DNA of 64,000 nt, taken from contig CAZZAM010000014.1 in the NCBI GenBank assembly GCA_964652775.1, forward strand, positions 1,848-65,847. Reading direction: 5' to 3'. Shown here one piece after another: positions 18,246 to 27,291 of the stretch. The notes under the pieces are model-generated. The model ran no database searches and was not told the DNA's origin. It saw nothing but the letters and a program-made list of their open reading frames with translations. Both the position numbers and the translations under genes were made by a program. Source of the stretch: an uncultured candidatus Brocadiaceae bacterium. GTDB taxonomy: Bacteria; Planctomycetota; UBA11346. The number at the start of each line of letters is the position of its first letter. Position 1 is the stretch's first letter.

Positions 18246-19835
18246 ATGCCGCCAACTTCTATTCCAACGGTTGCTACAGCTACGGTCCGGGTCTTGACCG
18301 GTCCCCTAGCGGGCAGTGAGGCTGAGGTGGCCATCAACCGTCCCTTGTTGATTGGCCGCAATGCCGTTTGTGGTTTGCGTCTGCCTGGTCGTGGGGTCAG
18401 CCGGACGCATGCTCGACTTGATCTGGAAGAACAGGGTCTGCGTTTGGAACGGCTGAGTGCGGTGAATGCGGTGTACGTCAATGGCTTTCCGCGTACGACC
18501 CAGGCGCTCGCGCTGTGGGATACCATCGGCATTGGTTCGCATGTGCTGCGCGTGGAATCGTTGCACGGCGCGCGTGCTGGAGGTAGTCAGCGTGAATTGC
18601 GTTCGGATTCTTCCTTGCTGGCTTGCTTGCTGGAGATCCAGCGGTTGTTGTCGACCGATGTCGATAACATGGTTGAGCGTGCATTGGATAGCCTCTTTCT
18701 CGCCCTGCCGGCAACGCGCTTGTCGCTATTTTCGGTTGATGCCGATGGGGCGTTCGAGCAGGGCTACACGGTAGCGCGTGGTGGCTTGCCGACCACGACC
18801 ATGAGTCGCAGCTTCGTTCGTCATGTACTGGAGGCTGGCCGGGCAGTGTTGCTGAATGATGATAGTACAGCTGCGCCTTTGGCGTTGGAGATGACCTTGC
18901 GGCGGCAAGCGGTGCAGGCGGTTATCGGCGTTCCAGTCAAACATCAGGATCGCACGGTGGCCGTGCTGTTGTGTGATAATCTTGAGCGACCTGGAGCGCT
19001 GGACCACACCCATCTGGATGTGCTGGCAGCGGTAGCACGTGCGCTTGAGCACGTGTTTCAGCGTACGGATCTGCGCCGCCTCGAGCGCGACCGGATGCGT
19101 GCTGAAGTTGAGTTCGATGTCGCCCAAACCGTGCAGCGAACGTTGCTCGATCGTGACATCGCGACGGCCGCCGGTCCATGGCGTTGGGCAGCGCTCTATC
19201 GTCCAGCCCGCGAATTGGCTGGCGACTATTTTGATCACGGGGTTGATGCCACGGGTATGTCGCTCGTGGTTGCTGATGTCAGTGGCAAGGGAGTTGGTGC
19301 TGGCATGGTGGTCGGCATGTTGCGTATTGCGTATAAGGAGTTGTGGACCCGCGGCCTGCCCCCGCACGAACTGCTGATCGCGTTGGATCAACGCTTACGC
19401 GGTGAAGTGCCGGCCCATATGTTTTTTACCGCGCTCGTGTTGCACCTCGCGCCTCATGGCCGACTGCGCTGGGCGGGTATAGGCCATCCCGAGGGGCTGG
19501 TGCTGCGCGGATCGGCGATCACTCATCGGCTTGCCTCGACCGCAGGCATGTGCGGAATCCTGCCCGAGGCGATGCTGCGCGAACGACTGATGACCCAGGA
19601 GCTGCAGCTGCAGCCTGGCGACCGCATATTTTTGTGCACGGATGGTTTAGCCGAGGCGATGGATGCTGAAGACCGCTTGTTTGGTCAAGAGCGTGGCGAA
19701 TCCGCATTATGCCAGTACGCGACAGCGACTCCGGCTGAGGCCCTCGCCGGGGTCATGGCTGCGGTTACGGCCCATGTTGGCACCGCCGAACAGTCCGACG
19801 ACATCGCTCTCTTGGCAGGAGATTACACGCCATGA
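18246..19835 (+). CDS. FHA-GAF-PP2C (SpoIIE/RsbU-type) serine phosphatase
   Basis: FHA: VRVLTGPLAGSEAEVAINRPLLIGRNAVCGLRLPGRGVSRTHARLDLEEQGLRLERLSAVNAVYVNG. The central part is GAF-like. PP2C/SpoIIE: LAGDYFD, LVVADVSGKGVGAGM, LCTDGLAEA, DDIALL. Confidence 0.8.
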   Translation: MPPTSIPTVATATVRVLTGPLAGSEAEVAINRPLLIGRNAVCGLRLPGRGVSRTHARLDLEEQGLRLERLSAVNAVYVNGFPRTTQALALWDTIGIGSHVLRVESLHGARAGGSQRELRSDSSLLACLLEIQRLLSTDVDNMVERALDSLFLALPATRLSLFSVDADGAFEQGYTVARGGLPTTTMSRSFVRHVLEAGRAVLLNDDSTAAPLALEMTLRRQAVQAVIGVPVKHQDRTVAVLLCDNLERPGALDHTHLDVLAAVARALEHVFQRTDLRRLERDRMRAEVEFDVAQTVQRTLLDRDIATAAGPWRWAALYRPARELAGDYFDHGVDATGMSLVVADVSGKGVGAGMVVGMLRIAYKELWTRGLPPHELLIALDQRLRGEVPAHMFFTALVLHLAPHGRLRWAGIGHPEGLVLRGSAITHRLASTAGMCGILPEAMLRERLMTQELQLQPGDRIFLCTDGLAEAMDAEDRLFGQERGESALCQYATATPAEALAGVMAAVTAHVGTAEQSDDIALLAGDYTP

Positions 19836-22834
19836 CTACGGCGGAAGCCGGAGACAGCGGCCATGACTCACGGCTAGAGACAGCGCGTGAGCATGATGAG
19901 AACGCTGTTCCATTGCCACCGCCGGGTGACGGCGGATTGCCGACCGACGCGGTGGCCAGTCCCCGCTACGCCATCGAGGGACAGATCGGCACCGGTGCGA
20001 CGAGCTATGTTCTGGCAGCGCATGACCGTTCGCTTGACCGTCCGGTGGCCTTGAAAGTGTTGTCGGCTGGTAGCGGTCCGGCGATCGCGCACTTTATGCG
20101 TGAGGCGCGCATCACCGCCACGATCAATCACCCCAATGTGATCAGCGTCCATGATCTCGAGTTCGTTCCCAGCGGTACTGCCTGCATCGTGATGCGCCGC
20201 GTCGAAGGTCGTAGCTTGGGCGATGAATTGCGTGCTGGAGAGGTCGGAGACATCAATCGGACGCTCACCATCCTGCTGAAGGTATGCGATGCCTTGGCCA
20301 GTGCCCATACCCGTGGGATCGTGCATCAAGACATCAAGCCGGACAACATCATGCTTGGCCAATTTGGTGAGGTGGTGGTGCTCGATTGGGGTGAAGCCCG
20401 GACGATCACCAATGACACCGACCCACATGAGCGTCGGAGCGTTGGTACGCCTGCCTTCATGAGTCCCGAGCAGGCGCGTGGCGAACCAGCCGATCAACGC
20501 AGCGACGTCTATTCTGTGGCTGCCACCGCCTGGTTAGTGCTGACTGGGCAACACCCGGTCTGGCACGATGATCCAACCACGTTTTGGGAGCGTAAACGCC
20601 GTGGCGTGATCGATCCACTGCCGCCTGCGGTTGCCCGCCGCCTGCCCCGCCGCCTGCTCGCGATCTGCGAAAAGGCGCTGAGTCCAGATCCTGCTGACAG
20701 ATATGCCGATGCGACTGCTTTAGGGGCAGAACTGCAGCGCTATCAAGGTGGCCAAGCCATCGCGGCCTATCGCGAAAGTCTACCAGAGCGGCTGCGGCAG
20801 TGGGTCGTACGTCACGCGGCACGGATCGCCATGTTCAGTTTGATCGGTGGCCTGCTGCTGGCTGCCGGTGTGCTGCTCTACGGCGAACGCATGAAGCGCA
20901 TCGCGCACTGGGGAGCACCGGTCCTCGTCGAGACCTTTACTGATGACAGTTGGCGGACGCGCTGGACGCAAAAGCCAGAAAATTCTTGGCGCTGGGATGG
21001 GAACCGGGTCATTTGCACCAGTGATCGAAATTCAACCATACGCTTGAATCGCACCTTGACGCCTCCTATCGCCATCGAATACGAAGGTGAGATCCTGGAA
21101 GGAAGTATTCCTGGTGATCTTTCCGTGTGCTGGAGGGAAGGTGACGATAACGACTCCAATGCAAGGCTGTATATCCAGGCTGGCGCACACCAAAACTCGT
21201 ATTGTGGTATATGGAGCCAGTATGACGGACACATAACGGCCTATGCCAACCATCAACTTCAAGTGGGGAAACGGCACCAATTTCGCGTCGAATTAGATGG
21301 AAACACCGTTAGTCAGTGGATTGATGGTGAACTAATTCTTCAGTCCCGTGCTGACATAAGGATAGGGGTGGGCCGCCTTGAATTATTTGGATTTTTTTCT
21401 GGCAAGGCGTTTACGAACATTCGTGTTTATGAAAAGGGGATGGCCGAGCAGTTAAGCGCGTTGGCAATCGGCAGCGCTGACTTTGCCGATGGTCGTTTCG
21501 ACGATGCCGCCCGGCACTGGAAACGGGTCGCCGAAGGGCGATCCAATACGGCTCTTGGCGAAGAGGCGTTGTATCTCCAGGGTTTGGCCGAATTTTCGGC
21601 TGGCCATCAACAAACAGCCCTCGATATCTGGTCGCGAATTCGTGATCCTGTATTTGACGCACGGGCTGAAGTCCATCGACTCGGGCTACTCTTTGATGCC
21701 AACCTTGAGAGTGAATTTTTGATTCGCTTTAGCGCACTATTTCAAAATTCATCCAAGGAACGACAGGCACTGTCCAATCGCTGGCGACTCTGGATGGCCA
21801 AACTGCTTGGGCGGTGTGGCCCGGTAGCAGAGCAGCGGATTCTCCGTATGTTTGCACTGCGTGATGCCATGTTCCCATCTGATGAGGCATCGGTCAAAGT
21901 TGCAGCCCAAGCCTTGTGCAAATTAGATCGAGCTTCTGAGGCGTTAACACGTTTTAGCCATCAACCACGAGCCAGGGCTGAAATCTATAGGTGGTTGGGT
22001 CGAAGGCATGAGTTGGAGGAAGCCGAATGGGCTACCCTGGATGAACGTGGGAGAGCCATGGTATACTCGGGAGCATTCGATCGCGCACTCAAAAGTCCAC
22101 ACTGTCCGGAGGAGGCTGTCCTCTTGGCCAGGATCAAGGGGGGGTACATCACGGACGCTGAAGCGGCTGACCCCAACACCTATTCACATACGGCGAGCAA
22201 TTCCGGTGATACGCGTCGTCGTGCATTGTTATTCAAAGGTCAGCTCGGGGAGGCGGTTGCGCCTGCTGCCGACGAAGTTGTTCCTACGGAGTTGTTATAT
22301 CTCATGGGGGATTGGACTACAGGTCGCGCCAGTGAAACCCAGTCGGCTCGCTATGTCCAGTCGGAATGGATGGAGGCCTGCGAATCAGGGCATATTCCCG
22401 ACGAACTGAGATTTCGCGTCGTGCGCACCGGACCACATATATTGCAAGATAAACAATGGTTTTTACCATGGTTCGCTATTCCGCTGGTGGACGAACTGTC
22501 TGGGCATGCAGGAGCCTGGGATGCAGTCGTTCAGGCGGCGATGCTAAAACAACACGACTTCGACGCAGGAATTGTTGGGCATTTTGCGCGATTCTGTGCT
22601 GGGGCTGAAGATGAATCGGCATTTATGAAGCAACCATGTCGAGCAGAAGCTAGTGCTTGGTTGGCCATCGCCAAAGCGTGCAAGGCAGAGGCAGCTAGGC
22701 ATAAAGATGAGGCGCGAGCGGCGTGGGCCGCGTTCCTTGCCTTACCAGCGTATCAGCGACTGCTGAGTGAGTTCTGGCCCGATCCATTGATTGAGCGTTT
22801 TGCCGCATGGCGTATGCGCATGTTAGCGCCTTGA
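19832..22834 (+). CDS. Ser/Thr protein kinase with one TM helix and a long extracytoplasmic tail (jelly-roll/LamG- or DUF1080-like module plus helical repeats)
   Basis: Kinase core: IGTGATSYVL..VALKVL, HPNVISVHDL, IVHQDIKPDNIML, VLDWGEA, GTPAFMSPEQ. TM helix: IAMFSLIGGLLLAAGVLLY. It is followed by ETFTDDSWRTRW..WRWDGNRVICTS..HQFRVELDGNTVSQWIDGELI..FTNIRVYE. ATGA overlap with the phosphatase gene. Confidence 0.8.
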   Translation: MTTAEAGDSGHDSRLETAREHDENAVPLPPPGDGGLPTDAVASPRYAIEGQIGTGATSYVLAAHDRSLDRPVALKVLSAGSGPAIAHFMREARITATINHPNVISVHDLEFVPSGTACIVMRRVEGRSLGDELRAGEVGDINRTLTILLKVCDALASAHTRGIVHQDIKPDNIMLGQFGEVVVLDWGEARTITNDTDPHERRSVGTPAFMSPEQARGEPADQRSDVYSVAATAWLVLTGQHPVWHDDPTTFWERKRRGVIDPLPPAVARRLPRRLLAICEKALSPDPADRYADATALGAELQRYQGGQAIAAYRESLPERLRQWVVRHAARIAMFSLIGGLLLAAGVLLYGERMKRIAHWGAPVLVETFTDDSWRTRWTQKPENSWRWDGNRVICTSDRNSTIRLNRTLTPPIAIEYEGEILEGSIPGDLSVCWREGDDNDSNARLYIQAGAHQNSYCGIWSQYDGHITAYANHQLQVGKRHQFRVELDGNTVSQWIDGELILQSRADIRIGVGRLELFGFFSGKAFTNIRVYEKGMAEQLSALAIGSADFADGRFDDAARHWKRVAEGRSNTALGEEALYLQGLAEFSAGHQQTALDIWSRIRDPVFDARAEVHRLGLLFDANLESEFLIRFSALFQNSSKERQALSNRWRLWMAKLLGRCGPVAEQRILRMFALRDAMFPSDEASVKVAAQALCKLDRASEALTRFSHQPRARAEIYRWLGRRHELEEAEWATLDERGRAMVYSGAFDRALKSPHCPEEAVLLARIKGGYITDAEAADPNTYSHTASNSGDTRRRALLFKGQLGEAVAPAADEVVPTELLYLMGDWTTGRASETQSARYVQSEWMEACESGHIPDELRFRVVRTGPHILQDKQWFLPWFAIPLVDELSGHAGAWDAVVQAAMLKQHDFDAGIVGHFARFCAGAEDESAFMKQPCRAEASAWLAIAKACKAEAARHKDEARAAWAAFLALPAYQRLLSEFWPDPLIERFAAWRMRMLAP

Positions 22835-22908
22835 GCCTAGTCGTCTGTCGAGGATAGACTCTGTTGGCTGGCTTGGTCTCGCTGAGCATTTCCTGTGTTG
22901 TTAACCAA

Positions 22909-23030
22909 GCGCCGCAGTTCGAGGTTCGCAGTTCGCGGTTCGCGGTTGTCGCACAACGACTGAGTCAGATCAGCACTGTCACCCTGCGGATGAGCGTGTG
23001 TGTACGAGCTCTGGCGCTGTATGTCATTGA
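22909..23030. repeat. hairpin-family element B (GTTCGCG family; left arm plus core, right arm missing)
   Basis: 22909-22948 is gcgccgcagttcgaggttcgcagttcgcggttcgcggttg. The following core, gtcgcacaacgactgagtcagatcagcactgtcaccctgcggatgagcgtgtgtgt..ctgtatgtca, aligns by hand at about 80% with the core of A over about 75 nt. It lies between convergent stops (kinase 22834, deacylase 23034). Confidence 0.8.
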
Positions 23031-23033
23031 AGT

Positions 23034-24062
23034 TTAGCGAATAATGCGCGCGACAACTGCGACGTGTTGGCCACGGCGGACTGGATTGGTCCACGCGCGC
23101 GCTAGGACCACGCCATCGACGCCAGCACGGATTGCGTGTGGTGGTTCGTCGATGCGGTCGAAATCGTGCAGCCAGCCAACAACGTCACCGGCCTTCGCTG
23201 GCTGTCCGGCCTCAATCACTGGTTCGTAGTGACCGCTGAACGGAGCAGGCGTGTAACAGGCGCGATCGACAATATCCACGCGCATTTGAGTGCCGTCACG
23301 GTGGTGATCGATGCGTTCGATCGTGCCTGAGAGCTGACCGTGGTTGATCGCTGCGGCCAACACGCCTTGGCGAGTGTAGCGTACGCCATCGGGATCGATT
23401 GAGCGACCGTAGCCAAGCTCGGTGCCGACGGTGATTTTACCAAGCCGCTCGGCTTCGCTGGTCAGCAAGCCTTGGGTTTGATTCTGGTAGGTCATCACGA
23501 ATGGGACACCAAACCAGCGCGCGGTTTCCTCGACCTGGCGGGATTGCTCGGGATCGTCGATTGGGTGGAAGCTGGTGATATGCGGCAGTTTCGCGACATC
23601 TCCGCCAGAATGAATATCGAGAACGACATGCACGCGCGGCCACAGGTATTCGCGTACGAAAGCGACGATGCGGTGGGTGATGCCGGACAGCGCTGGCGTC
23701 TTACCGGCCTGATCGACGAAGGCGCGGTTCATGTTCACGCCATCGTCCTCGATGCTTTCGCGAGTGCCGGTGCGGAATGCGGCCACGTTTAGGATGGGGA
23801 TAATGATGATGCGTCCGCGCACCTTGGCGGGATCGATTTCGCGGATCAGGTGCTTGAGCGCGACTGGACCTTCGAACTCGTTGCCGTGATTTGATCCGAA
23901 GGCGACCAGTCCGCGTCCGGCAGCGACTTCTGTGCCGACCATGACGGTGAGCGGGATCAGGTGATCGCCCCAGATGCTGTCGTGTTCGAGGGCGACGAGG
24001 TAGTCGCGGCGTCCCGGCGAATCGAGGTCGAGCAAGTGGGGACGAACGATGGGTCGGGACAT
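23034..24062 (-). CDS. succinylglutamate desuccinylase/aspartoacylase (AstE/AspA) family zinc deacylase
   Basis: VAFGSNHGNEFEGPVALKHL (HxxE zinc motif), VVLDIHSGG, and a C-terminal beta-domain. Length of 342 aa is typical for the family. Confidence 0.7.
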   Translation of the reverse strand: MSRPIVRPHLLDLDSPGRRDYLVALEHDSIWGDHLIPLTVMVGTEVAAGRGLVAFGSNHGNEFEGPVALKHLIREIDPAKVRGRIIIIPILNVAAFRTGTRESIEDDGVNMNRAFVDQAGKTPALSGITHRIVAFVREYLWPRVHVVLDIHSGGDVAKLPHITSFHPIDDPEQSRQVEETARWFGVPFVMTYQNQTQGLLTSEAERLGKITVGTELGYGRSIDPDGVRYTRQGVLAAAINHGQLSGTIERIDHHRDGTQMRVDIVDRACYTPAPFSGHYEPVIEAGQPAKAGDVVGWLHDFDRIDEPPHAIRAGVDGVVLARAWTNPVRRGQHVAVVARIIR

Positions 24063-24079
24063 GGGAGCCTCTCGTGGTC

Positions 24080-25264
24080 TCAGCGACCGGTGATTGCTGG
24101 AGTTTTATAGAGCACGCTGCCGCCGACGCGAATTTCCGCATCGACGAGGTAGCGGGCGATCACCGACTCGTCAGGCGTCATGCCCAGCCCTGGCGTGACT
24201 GGGATCTGGATCATGCCGTTGCCGTCAGGAAGCAATCGCTCGCGAGTCAACTGTGCTGACAGCGGCTTCGACTCCGTGGGATACTCGCACAGTTCATGTT
24301 CGCGCATGCCGGCGTACGGCTGCAGCGAGGCGCTCAATGACAACTGCGACGTGAACGTGTGGTTGACGTAGGTGACGCCCGTGTTGCAGGCGTAATCAGC
24401 GACCTGTTTCGCTGGCGTAATACCGCCGATGCGACCGGTGTCGATCTGTACAAAGCCGATGCCGCCGTGATCGATGAGGTGGCGCGCCATGTGGACGTTG
24501 TGGCTGCCTTCGCCGCCGGCCACGCGTACCGGCCCGCATTGACGTGCAAGCGCAGCGTAGGCATTGAGTGCGCCGGTGTGGAACGGTTCTTCGATCCAGG
24601 TCACGCGCGCTTCACGCAGCGCGGCTATGCGTTCGCAGGCACGATCGATGTCTTCATTCCAGATCGTTCCAGCATCGATGAGTACGATGCCATCTGGACC
24701 AAGACCTTCGCGCGCGGCCATGATCTGATCGCGGTCGGCGGCGGCGGTTCCCTGTCCAAATGGTCCCCAGCCAAACTTACCGGCGCGGAATCCAGCAGCG
24801 CGCGAACGGCGTGCTTTTTCCAGGGTTTCTTGCGCCGTGTCGCCGAACAGTACCGAAGCATACGGTAGTTTGGGATAGGCCTGTTGGTATCCAAGCAGAC
24901 GCCACACCGGTTCTCCGCGTTGCTTACCCAAGAGATCCCACAGCGCGATGTCGATGCCCGACAACGTGTGTTCGGCTTGCAGCAGGTCGAGGCTAGCGCT
25001 TCGTACGGCGTTACCGATGCGTACAATGTCGTCCGGCGTATTGAGTGTCTGGCCAAGCACGGATGCGGAGACTGGTTTGCATGCGCTGTGCGAGAGGGGG
25101 CACACGAAGGCGGCGATCGAGGTGAGCGGAGACGCTTCGCATTGGCCCCAGCCGACCAATCCGCCAGCGGTCACACGGACGAGGGTCGCATCTTGGCTGC
25201 CATCACCGATGTCGAGAACTTCTGGCATGCGCAGGTAGAAGAAATCAACCGATTCAATGCGCAT
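24080..25264 (-). CDS. enolase-superfamily (mandelate racemase/muconate lactonizing enzyme family) sugar-acid dehydratase or cycloisomerase
   Basis: SGIDIALWDLLGK, VLIDAG (Asp), TWIEEPF (Glu), VAGGE (Glu), VQIDTGRIGGIT. Confidence 0.85.
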   Translation of the reverse strand: MRIESVDFFYLRMPEVLDIGDGSQDATLVRVTAGGLVGWGQCEASPLTSIAAFVCPLSHSACKPVSASVLGQTLNTPDDIVRIGNAVRSASLDLLQAEHTLSGIDIALWDLLGKQRGEPVWRLLGYQQAYPKLPYASVLFGDTAQETLEKARRSRAAGFRAGKFGWGPFGQGTAAADRDQIMAAREGLGPDGIVLIDAGTIWNEDIDRACERIAALREARVTWIEEPFHTGALNAYAALARQCGPVRVAGGEGSHNVHMARHLIDHGGIGFVQIDTGRIGGITPAKQVADYACNTGVTYVNHTFTSQLSLSASLQPYAGMREHELCEYPTESKPLSAQLTRERLLPDGNGMIQIPVTPGLGMTPDESVIARYLVDAEIRVGGSVLYKTPAITGR

Positions 25265-25309
25265 GACAACTCCAACGGCGGTGGGTGCTCAACATGAATC
25301 TAAGCTCCG

Positions 25310-25452
25310 AATTTCGAAGAACAGGAGACGCAGAGGCGCAGAGTTTCGATGGAGTTAGGAGGTATGGACGGATATTCCTGCGGATAACGAAATCGCTTTG
25401 GATAAACTCTTCGGGCCTCTGTGTCTCTGCGCCTCCTGTGAATTCGAAAATT
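25310..25452. repeat. hairpin element C (GCAGAG-arm family)
   Basis: Arms are 25310-25343, aatttcgaagaacaggagacgcagaggcgcagag, and 25417-25452, ctctgtgtctctgcgcctcctgtgaattcgaaaatt. About 27 of 34 positions are complementary by hand. The loop is 73 nt and contains tcctgcggataacgaaatcgct. It lies 18 nt after the lactonase stop. Confidence 0.75.
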
Positions 25453-25470
25453 TTCTCTAGCATGAATAGA

Positions 25471-26334
25471 TCAGAGGCTGGCATGGGTTGGCAGTCCGGC
25501 AACGCCTGGTCGGCAGTGAAAAACATGACCGGCCAGTGGTTGCTGCGTTGGATCGGTGTCACGTGCGGCGGTGGTGATGTAGAGATCACGCAGATCGGGA
25601 CCGCCAAAGGCACAGGCAGTTACCTGGGTGACCGGCAGCGGAATGTACTCAAGGAACACGCCACGGATTGGATCGCAGCGTTGGACGCGTGACGTGCCCC
25701 ACATGCCAACCCACACCATGCCTTCGACGTCGACGGCGAGGCCATCTGGACTGCCGATAGGTTCGGGAAATTCCAGCGCCGTGCGACGATTCGAGATGTT
25801 TCCGGTGACAATATCAAACGCAAAAGCATCGAGCCGACGCGTGATGGTGTCGATGTAATACAGCGTCCGTCCATCTGGTGACCATCCGATACCGTTTGAG
25901 CAACCAACGTGCTCCAGCACGCGGCGTCTGGTACGACCATCCCAGCAGTAGAGATGTGCCCTTGAAACGCCGGGATAGGACAGTGTCCCAACCCACAGCC
26001 GTCCGTTGGCATCGCACTTGCCATCGTTGAAGCGGAAGCCATCGCCGTGTTCGTGGCCAACACCAAGCGGCGTGACATTCCCTTGTTCATCTAACGCGAC
26101 GAGGCCTTCGTTGAGCGCCACCACCGCGCCGCCGTTGCGGCGCGGCACAATTGTTCCTGGTTCTGAAGTCATGCGCCAGGATTCGTTGCGACCACTGATC
26201 GGATCGTGGCGATGCACCATGCAGCCGTCGATGTCGATCCACCACAGACGTTGCGTGGCGGCATCCCAGATCGGACCTTCGCCGAGGATTGCTCGGACAG
26301 GGATGACAGACTGCGGCATGAAGGGGGCGATCAT
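25471..26334 (-). CDS. SMP-30/gluconolactonase/LRE family lactonase (copy 2)
   Basis: ILGEGPIWDAATQRLWWIDI, CSNGIGWSPDGRTLYYID, PDGLAVDVEGMVWVGMW, CAFGGPDLRDLYITTA. ORF call 25471..26442 trimmed to ATG 26334 because the first 36 codons read through repeat D. ATG 26319 is an alternative start. Confidence 0.85.
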   Translation of the reverse strand: MIAPFMPQSVIPVRAILGEGPIWDAATQRLWWIDIDGCMVHRHDPISGRNESWRMTSEPGTIVPRRNGGAVVALNEGLVALDEQGNVTPLGVGHEHGDGFRFNDGKCDANGRLWVGTLSYPGVSRAHLYCWDGRTRRRVLEHVGCSNGIGWSPDGRTLYYIDTITRRLDAFAFDIVTGNISNRRTALEFPEPIGSPDGLAVDVEGMVWVGMWGTSRVQRCDPIRGVFLEYIPLPVTQVTACAFGGPDLRDLYITTAARDTDPTQQPLAGHVFHCRPGVAGLPTHASL

Positions 26335-26359
26335 CTTGGATTGCCCCACTGTAATTCGC

Positions 26360-26513
26360 CAAGGCAACCGCAGAGGCGCAGAGGCCGCGGAGATCGCAGA
26401 GGATTGGGCGATGATGTCATTACCAATGAGAGATTGCCGCAAGTGAGGTCGGTAGATTCTGGCCTCAATCCTCTGCGACCTCTGCGTAACTCTGCGCCTC
26501 TGCGGTTGCCTTG
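26360..26513. repeat. hairpin element D (GCAGAGGC-arm family)
   Basis: Arms are 26360-26406 and 26466-26513. The outer 24 bp (caaggcaaccgcagaggcgcagag) and the inner 13 bp (tcgcagaggattg) are perfectly complementary, separated by an internal mismatch block of about 10 nt. The loop is 59 nt. It lies 22 nt after the SDR stop. Confidence 0.85.
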
Positions 26514-26535
26514 AAAGGAATGGTCTAGGTCCATG

Positions 26536-27291
26536 TCAGTAGGTCGCGCGGCCGCCGGACAGATCGAAGGCGAATCCGGTCGTGAATGCACACTCCGGCG
26601 AAACGATCCACGCTGACATCGCTGCGGCTTCGTCCAGGGTTCCGGTGCGTTTCATGGGAATTTTATCGGTCATATAGGCGACCTGGCGCGGATCCATCGC
26701 ATCGACCAGGCCGGTGCGGATAACGCCCGGAGCAATCGCATTGACGGTGATGCCGCTCTCGGCGTATTCCTTGCCGACCGATTTCGCGAGTCCGATCACC
26801 GCAGCTTTAGTTGATGAGTACGGCGACATGCCGGCATTGCCTTCTTTGCCAGCGATCGAAGCGAAGAGCAGGATGCGACCATAACGACGTGGCAGCATCG
26901 CACGGACGGCGTGCTTGGTAACCAGAAAGCTTCCGCGTTGGTTGATGCGATAGACGCGGTCATAGTCCTCAATCGATACATCAACGATCGAGCGTTGGTT
27001 GGGGCCGACGATGCCCGCGCAATGCACGATCACGTCGAGTCGGCCGGTCGCCTGCACGGCCGCGTCGATCGCGGCACTGACCGGTGCTTCCTCAGCAACA
27101 TCGACCACGGCACCAGTCGCGGAGAGTCCTTCAACGGTGAAGGCAGCGACGCAGGCGTCGATAGCAGCACGATCAATGTCCCAGATGCACACGGTTGCAC
27201 CCTCGCGTGCCAGGCGATGAGCGACTGCGCGACCGATGCCGGCGGCACCGCCGGTGACGATGGCTGTTTGCTGAGAGAAGCGATTATTCAT
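26536..27291 (-). CDS. SDR oxidoreductase (FabG-like), candidate 2-keto-3-deoxy-sugar-acid 4-dehydrogenase
   Basis: AIVTGGAAGIGRAV, HCAG, SIAG..YSSTKAAVIGL. 4-bp overlap with the FAH gene. The specific substrate is inference from context. Confidence 0.85.
   Translation of the reverse strand: MNNRFSQQTAIVTGGAAGIGRAVAHRLAREGATVCIWDIDRAAIDACVAAFTVEGLSATGAVVDVAEEAPVSAAIDAAVQATGRLDVIVHCAGIVGPNQRSIVDVSIEDYDRVYRINQRGSFLVTKHAVRAMLPRRYGRILLFASIAGKEGNAGMSPYSSTKAAVIGLAKSVGKEYAESGITVNAIAPGVIRTGLVDAMDPRQVAYMTDKIPMKRTGTLDEAAAMSAWIVSPECAFTTGFAFDLSGGRATY

Noticed and set aside
25310-26513. Hairpins after stop codons considered as integron attC sites, with the Xer-type recombinase at 47544..48446 as the integrase.
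   Set aside because: - The recombinase has ordinary XerC/D length and motifs and lacks an obvious IntI-specific insertion.
- The flanked genes include core genes (gltX).
- Gene orientation and spacing do not form a cassette array.
- I could not find the RYYYAAC/GTTRRRY core pair at the arm ends.
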